A DNA stretch of 51,539 bases from Callorhinchus milii. Taxonomy: Eukaryota. Made by a program: the position numbers and the translations under genes. This document shows, one piece after another, positions 25,101 through 50,233 of the stretch. Location of the stretch: positions 1 to 51,539 of the forward strand of contig NW_024705364.1 in NCBI RefSeq assembly GCF_018977255.1, written 5' to 3'. Under the pieces are notes generated by a model, which had not been told where the DNA came from, did not search any database, and saw only the letters and a list, made by a program, of their open reading frames with translations. Position 1 is the first letter of the stretch, and every line of letters starts with the position of its first letter.

Positions 25101-28100
25101 CGTGTCTTCAGACGGTAAGACCAAGCTTTTCAGATTTGGCTGTCCGGCCAGCGTCTTTTCGGGCGCCGAACAGGGTATTAAAAGCTTGAACAACGGAAGG
25201 GTCCCACAACAGTAGTTGGTAAACCGAAACGAGCCGAGGGTGCTCAGAAATATGGAACGGTATTACCACGGAGGGATTAAAGAAAGGGCATAGAAATTAC
25301 TCTTTCTGCTGCCTTAAAACAGATTGCCTCGCTCTAGCATGGCTCTTATAGAAAAGTTAGGCGTTGGGTAGAAACGACGAGCTAGTAATGACAATCGCTC
25401 TTGAGATAGAAAGTATCAGAATAGACTCCGGGTACAGCGGCAACAAGGTCGAGGTCGTCGCGGCCGAGTTCCTCGGATCATGAATCATGCGAGCCAACGA
25501 AAACCTTTCTAGGCACAGTATCTAGTAACCACGCAACTATACTTGGCCAAAAACTATGCAGGAATGTCTACGATCAATGAGTCATATCGATCATGTCGTG
25601 CAGCGTCCTGTAGCTCCGTGACGACTGTTTGATCACTTGTGTCCGCGGCCTTCTACGAAGTACTATCTTAGCATCATAAGGAAGAAACCCATGTTTAAGT
25701 GTAGAAATTGTCCTCTCGTATAAAACGTAATAAAGTCGGAATCTTTAAAACCTGTGGTACATTAACGCACAATTTACTAAATTTAGAAGATCGATCGCGT
25801 ACGCGGGGAGTGACTAAGCGTACGTAAATTCGCATTCCTGTCCCCCCGAGCTTGTAATGTGATGAACAGTCGTTCTTTTCACATGTATGCGCGATTAGAG
25901 ACATCGGGAACTAGGAGCGAGACCCAGAAGGTTTATGCTCTAGGTTGATAAGTCCGCATTTATGTGTTGTGTGCGAAGTCGGCCTCACAACGCCACATAT
26001 GGCCGAGCTGATAACGGATGAATACTGCTTAGCCGAACTAAACCTGGGCACAGACAGTGTGTTTTGACCCAGTACAAACCCGCTGACGGAAATTGGCCTA
26101 ACTGCTAAAGCGAAAAAGTTTAAGTATACCTGCACCTTCTGTTGCCTAATTAGCCCTGTCTCACTCGTATAAACAAAACTAAATTCTCTTGGGATCTCAT
26201 GCCTACCTGTAACATAGTATTGCCCGCGTACGATCTATAGCGTAGATACCAACGAGCGCGACTGTTGACGCTATGGTTTAACCACTTAAACAAATGTCTT
26301 CTGCAGGGTGGCTTGAGTAACATGACATGACACTTGGACCTCACGTCTATGATGCGCGCGAGCACTTCCCAGGCCTTACAAGTTACTGTGGGCCGGTAGA
26401 CAATGGGCCGTGGCTCAACTAAGTTCTTATGCAGGAACTGGTGTGTTACGGAATCAGTGCGACGCTTTGGACGTTATTGTCCTTTTGACTACATAGGCAC
26501 TCGTCAGCGGACTTCATTCAACCGAGGCAGGGATATTCGGGTAGCAGACCGAATTGAGCAGCCAGAAAAAGGGACGTTTTAGAACGGACCAGTGTTTCCA
26601 TTAGCAGTTCGGGGAGGAATACTCTGATATTGCTGGTTATACCCAAGATCGCTTCCGGACAGGGCGACTCATGCGAAATAAACGCCGGGGTCAAACCAAA
26701 CCGCTCTTGAAATTCATCCAGTGCGATGACCCCTATGGGGGTACGCCTCTCAAGCACCCTTATTTAGGATTGTCGGTGGGGACACGGTTTCACTCACTGT
26801 CAGGGCCGCTTGGAAGGGAGTGGTATAATTGAGGCTGGCGCCACAGTAACGGCAACACTCTAGGAGGTGGTTGCGAGAGAATGATAGGAGTAATGAGTAG
26901 ATGTGACACTCCGCCTGCGGATTGACCGTTCATTTGCTCAGTAAAGGTGCTTGGTCAGGACTATATGCGGATAACTAAGCGAGCTCCCGGAATGTTCAGT
27001 CTGAGCGTGGTAGATTGACATATGCGAGACTCTCGACAAACCTAACGCATCGGATAGGACTTAGGTTAAATCATACGAGACTCCATATGAGTGGGATAAA
27101 CCACGTCAAATCAAACCCTTCAGTATTAGGGGCCTTGGTAGGACGATAAGGGCAAAACCACGCCAGGCTCTGGCCGAAACTATAAGCCGGCCACCCAGAG
27201 AACACGATGCTCCAGAACTAGGCGACTAGTCTTAATTTCCTTAGGGTCCTTTGCTTTCGCGCATAGCCGAACACATGGTTTATGCGCCAAAGACTAAGTG
27301 TCTCGTTTTTCACTATAAAATGCAGGCCCTAGAGAAATAGATGGTCGCGGCGCTATAGCAGAAAACGAACCTGAGTAGCGATTCATCACGATACTCACTC
27401 AAACGCCTCTGTCACCGCTGCTTGTGAGGAGGTACAGACCGTCTATACGGACCGTGGGATAGCCCTGGCGAGTTATGGTCACATAGGGGGTGAATGGTAC
27501 CAATGTATATCACAAAAACCATAACAACGTCAGGATGTATTACAGCCTTCTGCGAGCATGGCAAGTACCTTACGGGACCGGGAACAGACCCTATCGTGCT
27601 GGACCGAGGAGGGGTAATAAGTGGTCACCCGTCTTTAAACTAGAGACTGACAGGTGCGGGGCATCCCTAGCGATTGTGATTCTCCAAGAGCAGCCTTTAC
27701 GCGTGTGACGCGACTACGAAAACACCAGTTCGACAAAGGATATCTTCTGGAAGGTCTAGTCTCTAAAGCAAAGGATCTGTGACGCCATTAGTAAAGTCCC
27801 CATCCAAATGCTTAGATGGAACTGAAAAAAATCTTAAATCCTCGCTTTAAAAAAGATAATCAGTAACCGAATCGGGAAAATTCGTTGGGGGCGCTTTAGT
27901 AAGCTATTCAAGATAGCCCTTGTGATGGTATCTAAGCCCCCAGGGTCAGTTAGCTGACTCTGGGATGCTTCCCGACCGTCAGAATGACTTTTTCCTCACA
28001 ACCATCAAAAATTACCTAACCTCGCGGCGTGCGTGCTTTGGACTCACTTGGCGTCGGTCCTGTATCAAGATCTCCTCTGTCCGCTAGAGGAGGTGTCCGG

Positions 28101-31100
28101 CTGAGGTAACAGGACATATCAGGCATATGCATGTTTACATTCTCCGTTGGTTTTATAACGCGTTTTCTTGACTAGAGGTATCCGCACTATATCTCGGCAA
28201 AGTATGACAGGGTAGCTAGGCTTTTTCCGCGACCGGGTGGTTAGTCAACCGTGCCTGATCTCCAAGGGACACGAGATCCTACTCGCTTATCGCGGGAAAC
28301 AGAATGTCGGACGAGTCTTAGATCAATAATAAAAGAACGCATGTCGGCAGAGGGATCGAAATCCGGGTAACTATGTTAGAGTAGAACTGCGCCCTCCACG
28401 AGCCGACGGGCTTAAAGGGTCACGTAGTTAAAATTTTTGAGTACTCCGCGTGCCGAGTGCGTCGGGTAATCATGCCTTTAACTGCTGGACAACAAGCAAC
28501 AAAACGATGAAACTCCTTGAAACACCGCTAGACACGTGAGTCGATAGGTCATCGGCCTTCAGGTTTGTTGATGAACTTTATACCGTACCTACCTTAGCGT
28601 TAGACGTCTACAGCCCACGTCCACAGAAGTTACCTTACGGAGAGCGTGACACGGGTAATATCGTGGGTAAGTTCTTGACCCTCATCTACTTACTAATTAA
28701 ACCTTGTAATTGGGGGGGTATGGGTCGAAACTTTGCCATCAAGACACCACCCTACGGAAGGTCCAAATCTGCTATTGCGAATGACGACATGCTTTGATGG
28801 CTCGAGCCGCCCTTTGCCTGGCATTACCCACGGGTGATTAAGGCCACGAGGTCTAATCCTTCAAACGGCCCCGTACTTGATGCCGGTTCTTCGCTTTAAC
28901 AATTATCAGGCCAAAGTAGTCAAACCACGTTGAGGCGGAAAACCACGGCGGAATATTCAACTAGACGCGCGGTAAAAGAGACAGTCGATGGAAGAAGGGA
29001 TTTCTGGGCTATACACTTTCCTACCGTCCACAGGATCGGACTCAACTATGTTGAGATGCCTGAGAATGGCCCTGCAGGAATCGGATGATGCGGATAAAAT
29101 CCAACGATGTCAATGCGTCCGAGGGTTGCCAGGGTGACTCCCGCCAAATAGGACGATGGCTGAGTAAGGAAGCTTTTCGCACGTGATAAGCAGATCCCCA
29201 CCCTGCTTGAAGAGGTGCTGATACGCTCTATACCATTTGCTCCGTTTGGCGGTCGAAAGCCCACACGGCCGGTAAACTACTGGGGAGGGTCCTGGGCACC
29301 GATCTAGGCAGCGGCCCGTGAGATATGCTCGCAACCGCCATTACAAGGCATCCTCAGTTGATTAGGCCTGCGCCGGTAATGTACACGAAGGCACCGGGGT
29401 ACTGTTGTTGTCCAATCCCGCGCTATTATCCACGTACATACAGCGCATATCTAGTAACTCGTAAGGGTTAAGCGCATAATGTACACGGGTCTCACACGGC
29501 TTAATGGGGCCCACGTATACACATCATTAAGTCAATGGCGTAGCCATCTGTGAGTATGTCCGCATTCTTTACGTGAAACAGATTGTAGCCCAGTCTTCTG
29601 AGAGTTGATCCTAGCTACGGTAGCCGTGGAGCTGGCGCCGTCTAACGAGCTCGCTTGCGGGTGGTCAACCTGGCATTGACCATAGGCTCCCGACCCATGC
29701 GGTACACGCGTGGAACGCCTATTTGCAACGTCCAGTTCTCGCCAGTAATCTGCAGATTTTTGCGGGTTCTTTTAATCGATCTGATGGGCTGGGATTGGCC
29801 CGTCACGACTGTCCATTGTACCCAGCTGCCATTCCGACGCCCCATTACAGAAGGAGCTAATTGTCACTGCGGGCTTGCGATCCGGTGTTGAATGGACGGA
29901 TAACAGCACGACACGCCGATGCCGAGAGAGAACCGCTCCGACTGCAGCTATTAGGAAAAATATTGACGCTAGAAAAACCTGCACCATGCTTACTTATTGC
30001 TTCGAACTTGTACAGCCACGTCCCCCACGTCAAATCTGCAGTGTGATCTGAGGAAGAGATGGTTAAGTAATCCCCCCCACGGCTATGCAGATTGCAATAG
30101 CATGGGGAACTCGCGATTGAGGCGTCCGCTATATACACAGGTTAATATACTACCCACGGATCCAGTAGGGAGTGTCATTGCGTGACTTGTAACCCATTAG
30201 TCAAAGTAGCAGCGTAAATCTGACCACCCTTGTACCGTTCATACCGGCTGCGATCCGGGGGCTCTTCATGGATATGATTAGACAGGTCGGTCACAATTGG
30301 GGTGAGGATGGGCGCATATGGCGAGCTATTACCGCAATCAACCGGCGGTTTTTCCCGGGTAGGAGATCATTTGTGTCTATTTAGACTTTCATGGGTGGCA
30401 GGGCCGTTACGAACATACGCGCTATGTAGACGATGTGCGGGTATTTTGTTAAGCAGAAGTTTTCGTCGGCTTTAGGGATGCCGCGATCTAGAAGGTTGTT
30501 CCCCTTGAGACGTACGGTCATTGGGATGGAACTTTGCATTATCACATACAAATCCAAATACCTGTGTGCTGCAGATACTTAATAGCCGAGTTACTGAGAA
30601 CCGGCCTCCAACCTATCAACCTAAGAATTGTCCGCCTTGAACTAAGTCGGACGAGTAAAACGTCACGGGCCATCCAGTCAGAGGTAGAAAGCTCGGAGGA
30701 CTAGCGCGTGGACCTGTTTCACGCTTGCGAGCGCATTGGTATTCTCACAAGCCCAGTCTGCGTGGCCACAAGGGAGCTAATTAATCCCTGCGCTGGGGTA
30801 AAGAAGTGAAGAAACAGGGCCCACGTCTAGCGCTTACCAAGTATTATTTCATACTTTTAAAAGTCTACTTAATGCCTGCATATATAATAGTCACCCGTAA
30901 ACTTTACGATGGCTGACGAGCAGTGACGAGTGGCGTACTGCCCTCTCAAGCCGCTTACCCATGGATTCGTACAACATCCAACGAACAGATAACGGCATCG
31001 GGGTATACTATATACAGCTCAAATAACTATCGCCACCCAAATACATAGGAGTATGTCTCGCCTCAAAAGTGTGGGCCAGCTGCCTGCGCGATGATGAGGC

Positions 31101-33997
31101 AGTACGCAAGTCGACCGCCAACACTATGGATGTTAACAGCCGGGTCTGCCAAGGCAACTGGATGAGGGTGAAATGGTGCGCGGTCGTTTCCTTAATTAAT
31201 GCTGTGACGTACGTTTTCGGTGTTTAGAGTTTCGCGCTCGATAAAGGCGCAATGGCACAAGGTTGTTCGATGAGGATGGCTTCTCGTTCTAAGTACGCGG
31301 AGTGGGGGATACCGATGGAACTCCATGGAACCGTCGATAGCCGCTGGCTCGTCCACCTCAAGTGGGGGACTAGATAAGATTAGGTCGTAACACTATGAGG
31401 CGGCCCACCCACTAGGCGGAAATTGTGCCAGTAAGGGAAAACGCCTGAGTATGGTCTGCTTCTTCTCGTTCACAAACAAGTCAGGGAAGAGAACCTCACT
31501 GACCGCACTACTAACGGGGAAGAATCTTTATTCCGGACTCACCACCAACCTCGATCGGAGGTTTCAGAAAGTACCTGGGGACCGGCCTGTCTATGCACTT
31601 AACACCCCGGAGCCCGCTACCCGATGCATGAAGGTCAAGCGGAGCGGATCAGCCAGAAGTCAAACGAGAAAGATCAAGCGAGGTCTGATTTCTGTCGGGG
31701 GGCGTGTGTAGGAAATGATTCCGTGGGCAATTGGTGGTGCAGAGGCTGTGCGAATTAAGCCTCCTTCTGGTTGCAAACTTAACTGCATCCCAAATTTAAG
31801 GTCTTTTGATAAGAGACCATGTTGGTAGGTATCCGCAGATGGTGTCTATCGTAACAGACCCTCAATACGGTTACGTGGCTGGCTTGGTTTCCACATATTG
31901 GCACGAGCTACTTGTGTAAAAAAGCAGCCGTCATAAGCTAAGTCCATCTTCCATATTTGGTTCTAACTGCCTCCTTGACCTCTGTGTCCCGTTAAGTGAC
32001 GCAACGCAACGAGGTCGGGCAGCCGGACTAATATGTAGTGGGGAGACTAGGGCCACAGCCTGGTTATAGCAGATACGGAGGTGCTTCGTATCTGCAACAA
32101 GTCGGGCTCATAGCCAGGTGGCCGAATCAGCTAGGCTTAATTTCCTGTAAGCAGTCAAGCTAAGGTGCGCTTTTACGGACAGTTCGAACAGTTCGCCTTT
32201 CAGGTGCACTAACAAAGGCGTCGAAAGTCCAGTGTAGTAGGGCGTGCCTCTGTTGACATTAGAGAGCGTAGGTCCCATTCGAAATCATTGCACGAGAAAA
32301 ATGTGGTGCCAGATGTACTGAGTGCCTTCGCGTATCGGTGTAAGCAACGTTCCATTAATTCAGATGCGCGACATTCAGTCGCGCTTCCAGTCGGGGGTCT
32401 CGGGCGGGCGGCAGCCCTTCTCCCACAGACTGCACGACCGAGTAAACGGAGGGACGTTTACAATCCAGGATACGACGACCCATGTTACAGCGATCAGAAA
32501 GTTAGTCACGAAGAGAGACGTTAAGCGTTGAGGCGGCTATGCAGCATCCCTGACCATAACCAAAGCTGGTAGACATTCGCCGACCCTTGACCTCGATGTG
32601 TATCCTTCGCCTTTGTGCCTCACTGCATCGTTAGGACTATGCCGGTTGGCAACACCCGGTAAACGGGCTATCAAATCATGAGCAGGTTCGTAAACGGTCT
32701 TAGATACGACGACTGAATTTGCGATCATCGACTTGATAGGTTTAAAAACTTGACCTAAGTCCCGGAGGCTTTCTGCTAGGGCGTCAATCGCGGGTAGAAG
32801 GTTACCACCCGGAATCAGTGACATGTTAAGTTTGATCAGCTTGTGAAAACGCGAGCTTCCGGATTATACGGCGAATGAAGGGGCCAGACCTCTTCCTTCT
32901 AAAAGGATTACCACGGTGATGAAAACTACTAATGTTGTTATCCCCAAGCCTGCTTTTTCGCGGGGCAGCGTGCATCATAGGCTTTTTGACACGAACATAG
33001 AGCGGCGCGACAGAGTGTCATGACCGTACCAAGGATTTAGCGTGTAACGAGTTGCTAGGAACGGTATGTGCCCGGAACTTTGTAGCTTTACGAGTTTCCC
33101 GCGCGGATCGGCGCGCCGACCGGAGTAATGTCCGCAGTAGGAAGACGCATAAGTGTTAGATTCTCAGTACAACGTTATGGAGACAACCCTGATAGAAGGA
33201 CCTAGATAAAATCCGGGGACTACTTTACTAGTGAGCCGCGGCGCCCCGAAGTGCGAGTATATGTCTATAGAGCTGATGCCTATGTCACCATAGGCGCTGC
33301 GCTCGCAGTCTATACGTACAGGGTAAGCCTTGGTTCCGAAATCCGTCTTACTTTCTCGATTGCGATGTTTCTACGTCAAGGCGGCTGCTCAACTTTGCCG
33401 TGGAGACTAGACCAGGAGAGCATAAGGGCTCGCTCACGCGGGAGCAGCAAAATTCGGAACGTGTTACGGTAGGAACAAGGAGAGTTTAAACACTCTCTGT
33501 ATAGATTCTCACAACACCGTCCGTTTAACGTCCAGAGTATCCGGCAGGGCATGCCACAAAGGCACATGCTGATCAGCTCTTACGAATCAACAACGGTAGC
33601 CAGCTGCGATGATTAGATCCCCTAGCGGGATGTTGATGGAGAAATAGTCTCATACGCCTTATTGAGATACCCCGGAATTTTCCTTTCAGCTATCAAGGAC
33701 TTGGAAAAGCCCCCAAGGCATGATAACGATCCAATCTCCCGGGAATTAGGGGTACCTCCGAGAGGTTCTTAGCACGTTATTATGGTCGGCCATAGGCAAA
33801 TCATTACAAGCGCGAAATTCTGGGATGGGATCGAATGCAGTTGGGTATTTCACATCCAGTGCTGGTCGTGAGTTAGGGATCTGACCAATTCGAAGGAATA
33901 CCTATACCCCATGGACGGCTGTATAATCTGTTTTTATTACTCTAGTGACGGAAGTCGAAGGTTTCAACGCGACTCGGACCTGCCCCTCCGGGCTCGT
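13123..33997. other. Featureless, random-like sequence block (probable artefact or synthetic sequence)
   Basis: Roughly even base use, abundant CG and TA, no microsatellites or long homopolymers, no TE fragments; longest ORF 142 aa with no recognisable motif; abrupt boundaries. Confidence 0.8.
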
Positions 33998-34986
33998 ACA
34001 CAAAAAATATATGAATTATTGACCTCCCCCCAAAAAAACTAAAACACAAAAGTGTATTTTTATAATTTTTGCATGGTGGACAGTTTGGAAAGTACCCACA
34101 TGGCAAATTTCCAGTTTGTTGCATGTCGGGAAGTACGCTAAACATTTTGAGCAGACACACATAATCACAACTTTGCCTTTTATATATATGGAGATTACTA
34201 CCTCGGAGCAAAATGGCCAGTTCTTTCGAGCTGGTGGTCTGAATATGGCCAAGAGCTTTTGTACCTGTAATGCTGCACACACCTGTGTGTGTGTTGTTGA
34301 ACTTATTTATTTCCAACCTCCAGTAATATTTGTGGCGATTGGATTTTTTTGTAATTTACAGATTTGATTTTCAATGAACCCTAAACATTATATGCCTTAG
34401 TTTGGCTCCCAAGTCTGGATAATTTACCCAGTTACATTTGCAAATTCTTTTCCATTATTACGTGATTTTAGTAATGAGAATAACATTTACAATATATTGT
34501 TATAGAGTACTGAATATATATAACACTATGTATGGAAGCTCATTAATTCACACTCCATGGCCATGTGGCATCATGAACGAACAAGCTCGTGGCAGAGTCC
34601 CAACAGCCGTTTTAACGTCCCACCCCTCGCACCGCACGCACGTGGCCCGCACGTGGCTCGGGGCCTGCACATTATTCTGGGGCTGCGTATTCGTCATAGC
34701 TGCCAGGAGTTAGTTTTGGGTCATGGCACGTGTATGGAAATCCTTGAGTTGATTTAAGTTAGCAACATTACATTGGAGATTGCTGACTGTTGCAAAGCTT
34801 ATCGAGGTACAGAGCAACATGTTATGAATTAGTATCTTGCTTATTTAACCAGGAAAGCATTGTAGAGTCTTAAGCCTTTTTCAGAAGGGTTCTTCCAAGT
34901 TTTTACGATGTTGCTATGTGGAATCTCAATTGAGTAACTTGCAGGTACATTTTCAGCCAATATCAGTGACACTCTTTTTCAACTAT

Positions 34987-35131
34987 GGGAGGAACTCACA
35001 GAACCCAGAGGAAACCCATGTAGAACCGGAGAACATACGAACTGCACACATTTAGGCACCCGAGTTGGAAATTCATCGGAGGTTTTTCTTGCTGTGAGGC
35101 ACGAGTGTTACCCCTTTGCCACCACCCTGCC
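34987..35131 (-). mobile_element. V-SINE (tRNA-derived, HE1/DANA-like) fragment
   Basis: Minus strand GGTGGTGGCA..GCCTCACAGCAAGAA...GTATGTTCTCCGGTTCTACATGGGTTTCCTCTGGG resembles the V-SINE head plus V-domain; homologous to 49798-49945. Confidence 0.75.
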
Positions 35132-38100
35132 ATATGGAGCCCACTACACTGCAGTGACCTCCCTTGCAGAACTAAAGTCAATCACTACAACCTCGGGTAC
35201 TTCTATCAATGTCCTACTGTGATGGCAATGTTTGTGAGCCACATCTACATACACATCACATTCCTTGTGTGCATTGCAATTGTGAAGCCACTTACAGTAA
35301 AAATGTAGTTCTGGATAACCACAACCAGAGCAGAGGCGTTCAACGACCAATTATTCATTTCCATGGATTGCAGAGATTCACCACTGCCTTTTAAACACAA
35401 AATGAAAGCCCTGCTTATCCAGCAGCGATTCAAATAAGCCTCATACGAGGCAAGCCTGAACACGAAGGGTGTTTCATTCAAAAACAGTAATAACATCGGA
35501 CTCCACAAGATCGGCTCTCCAGTGTCTCCACGTTTAAAACATCGCACGTTGAACTTGACTCGAGTATAGGTAATTTACGAAGCAAAACACTTAAATTGCA
35601 AGGCCTTGCACAGGGCCTTAAATAACCAAAGCAACAATGGAAAGTCTCCACCCAGGAAAGCATCAGCAAGTCTTGAAGGCAGTTTCAAGAAGGACCTCTT
35701 CCAGTGGTGTTAAGTCTGTTGTCGAGTATTTTTACACATGGGAGGAAACCAGAGACTGGAGAAAACCAAGGCATACAAGAGAACACTCAAATCTCGACTA
35801 AAAAGATGAAGCTAGCTGCAACCGACTTGCTATACTGCCTTTGGCAGGCACCATCAAGTTGCTCAGAAGGTGGTTGTCTCATGCTGATAATCATGGCTCA
35901 GATTCCTGCGCAAGCCACAAGCCGTCTCCACACCGCCGATTTACGGGACCACATTACCAACGCACCTACAAGTTATACATTAATTAAGTTAATGTTTTAG
36001 GCAGCTACTGATCAAAAATGGATAAAAACGTACCCTCATTGAGCATTCTAGCCTGCGGAGATGAACATATCCTCTTACCATCCCACTGCGCTGGTCACTG
36101 TACAACAGTGGCGATTCTGAAGAGGGTGGCGGCCTGTGCAGAATCGGTGGCTTTGGGTCGACTTCTGCCGAGCCCTATTTTCCTGTGCAACGGGCGCACG
36201 GTGGCAAGTCACACCCCACCTGGCTGCAAATGCATAAAATGTCACGACCAAGTGAATTGGCTGAGGACAAGCTCTGCACTATGAAGGCCCGCCTTACGAG
36301 TCAAAAAGGCAGCGTTACGTTTCTTCACACGTGGGTTCGCCAGCCAAGCGCGCCGAGTGGGGCTGGCAAGGCAAGGCGTGCCCACCCCGCCACTCGCGGC
36401 TTCTGTGCCCTGCGAGGGGGACGTTCCAGGGTCGTGAAAATCCATTTGTATTGCCGGTAACCGCATTCAAATAAATCTGGAAAAAAACACTAGTCACCTG
36501 TGTGCCACATACATGAAACGTTTACCTTTTTTAACTGAGCAACGCATGCCGTTGCCACGTTGTAATGGTGAGCACACTAGCCTTGCAATCCAGAGTTCGC
36601 TGGTGGTTTGATTCAATCTCTTGACGTGGCAGCTGATAAAATGGGGCAAGTGTCCAAAATTTTGCCATCGTCTGTCCACCTGGCAGAATATATGGGTTGA
36701 CCATAGTTGATCAGCAGGTCGCATGCAGTGGGGTAAAGTGTGGGTATGCCCACCTCTTCTGAGACGTCTAATCAGCGTGGTCGACCAAATACCCTCGAGA
36801 GCTCCGTCTAGCCGAGTTACGAGGGTAAACGTGCCGTTTGTATGCTTGCACCATGCCAATCAGCGCATTCAATGCTAACATTTTGTTTGAAACGGTTACC
36901 GGCTCCTGACTCTCCGGACTGGTAACCAATTCTCAAACGGTTACCGGTTATTTACCAATCCAAGAATGTCCCAGTGTCTGTGGTGACAAAGCGGTTGCAC
37001 CCGCGGCTGGGAGCACGAGCTCCCTCCCACTGCCGTCTCGACACGGCGGAAGCTCCATCTGTCACACAGCCCTGTCATAGAGGTGCCAGTCATGAGCCAG
37101 CTAAATGGAAAGAGGGGATCGAAGCGAAGTGCGATGAACAAATAACACACAACTGCTCTAACATGAGATTCACATCGCCACATTTTTGGCTTTAGGTTTT
37201 CTGAAATGGTTTCTCGATCAGTACTTTATACACACACGCACAATTATATACTGCGTTTACATTTATATACATATAGGTCAGCCTTATAGACTGCGGGGCA
37301 AACGCTGTTGGTGAGCACCTATGCAGGCTGGCACAGCACAAGAGGGGGTTGTCTGGCTAGCGCCATGCATACCCATCTCTCCAGTATTGATGTTGACACA
37401 TCACCGCACAAGGTACTCGTGTTTAGACCGAGTCAACCTAGAGGAGGCACAGGCACGGTTCCAGTACCCATTTACATGAGCATGGCCAAAAATCAGTGTG
37501 TGAACCACTCCACCACCACTCCCCACATGCGCACACACATGCACACAAATGCAGTCATACGCAGTAAAACACACTTCCGCACATCTACTCAAAACAACTG
37601 TGTTAGACAACAGGACTAAATAAAAACAAAATAATTTTCAAAATTCAAATGTGCAGTGAAATCATCGCAACTCCGCACGTGGTACAACCTGTTAGGCATT
37701 TCCCTTTCGAGTTCACGGCTCATGCCACTAGAAACCAACCAACTGCCCTGGCTGCGCCCGCCGTCCCTGCACACCAGAGGTGCTGGGCAGCGCGCCACGT
37801 TCCTACAGCGGGACAGACGTGGAGCAGTGTGCCACGTTCCTACAGCAGCAACAAGACGGGGGTCCCGGCCCCAGAGGGAGAGTGCGTCAGCGTAGCTGTG
37901 GTGGTGGTGGTGGCGGCGGCGACGGCAGCGTTAAGAGTTCGGCACTCCGAGCCCGCGGGCCGCTGTGCACTGCCGCCCGTTGATAAACATGGCCAGCATT
38001 AAAGAGTGAGTGGCCATGGCTGTGGGAGATGAGGGAGGGAGAGGCTGGGTTGGACTGGCCGCCTGCAGCTCCCCCCGGCCCCTCAGGAAGGTCTCGCAGC

Positions 38101-38682
38101 CCCGGGATGTCGGCGGAGACCAGCACCTCGGGGCTCGAATGCAGGCGGCGGCCGCATAGTGGCACTCTACGGCATCTCCGCATGCACAAGCACCTTGCAA
38201 CACGCACACACACACACAGCAGATTATTTCACGAGGGACTGTCATGCTGTGATTGTTTAATTATCAAATCAGGGGTGGTGCAGATATTTCAGTGCAATGC
38301 CATGTCTGAAAACCTGCTGATGGCTAAATGCAGATGAGCTTTCTGGGAAGGAGTTGGAACAATCTGGTATGTTGGCCAAGAATCGGCACACAATAAAACT
38401 TACATGCCAGCCTAACCTTCGCCTAAATGTTTGTGCCATTGGCACCAACCGTGGTAGCAGCGAGAAGCTGGCTAGCGGGCCCTGTGCCTCCCGAGCTTTA
38501 GGACCACTGCTGGAGGTGGCATGGCTACTGAAGGTAACCGAAGGAGGAAATAGACCCATGGGGAAAGCTGGAGTAGAAACAGCAAAACATGAACGACATT
38601 GAAATGTCAGGACATGCACCAACCTTGCCGCTGATTTGACACGTTATAATATTCCACTTTGCAGAAGTGAAACTAGGTGGGT

Positions 38683-38780
38683 GGCAGAGTGGTGCAGTGG
38701 TAAGGCGAATGCCTCGCAGAAAGATGTGCCTGGGTTTGTATAATTTCCCCCTGCTCTACATGGGTTTTTTCCAGTTCCCT
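38683..38780 (+). mobile_element. Degenerate V-SINE fragment
   Basis: GTGGTGCAGTGGTAAGG..GCCTCGCAG..CTCTACATGGGTTTT. Confidence 0.5.
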
Positions 38781-39246
38781 GCCATAGCCAAAAACCCCAC
38801 CATACAATATAACTGGTTTTGGCCAAATTATGCCAATGCAAAAGATTTTACCTGAAAATTACTCAAGTGGGATTACACACAGCAACATCGCCCACCTACT
38901 ATGCCAAACTTGGCAGGAACTTCCTGAAAAAGTCATCAGATCCAGTGAGGATTTCTTGGGTAAATAAGAGGAATAATAATAAAATATGGCTTGACAGGTC
39001 AGGCTCTGTGGTACAGTGGGAGGAACGATGGGAAGCATCAGGCAACAGGGATTGTCATTAGCAACAGGATAGCGAGAGTATGTGACAAAGCTTGTACCAG
39101 CGGTTGAGCGGATTATTGTAGACAAGCTACGGTTTAGAGACATTGCAAAGTGCCAGTACAGCAGAGGAGGATATCAGGGAACCCAATGGCACATGCCCTG
39201 CGCATACAGCTCCGTGCCCAGGGTTCGGTGCTTCCCAATGCTGGCA

Positions 39247-39319
39247 TGCTGCTGCTGCTGCGCCTGCTGCTGCTGCGCCTGCTGCTGTAGCTGCTGCTGC
39301 GCTTGCTGCTGTGGCTGCT
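39247..39319. repeat. Imperfect (CTG/CAG)n repeat
   Basis: Interrupted ctg runs just downstream of HRAS coding exon 4. Confidence 0.9.
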
Positions 39320-39347
39320 TCGACGCGCACTGTGCCCTCACCAGGGG

Positions 39348-50233
<10,886 letters not shown>

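Noticed and set aside
13123..33997. Dozens of 60-142-aa ORFs as a possible phage, viral or novel gene cluster
   Set aside because: Lengths and composition are as expected by chance; no strand organisation, domains or signals.
34838..34905. Short dispersed repeat TT(A/G)ACCAGGAAAG...GAGTCT...CCAAG (also ~45820-45890, weaker at 35650 and 11445)
   Set aside because: Probably old LINE 3'-tail remnants; too short and diverged to classify.
36450..36962. CCGGTAACCG / CGGTTACCGG inverted motifs suggesting a MITE
   Set aside because: No clear terminal inverted repeats or TSD could be defined.
37887..38245. GC-rich ORFs as an extra coding exon
   Set aside because: No Ras-like or other recognisable sequence; fits non-coding UTR.
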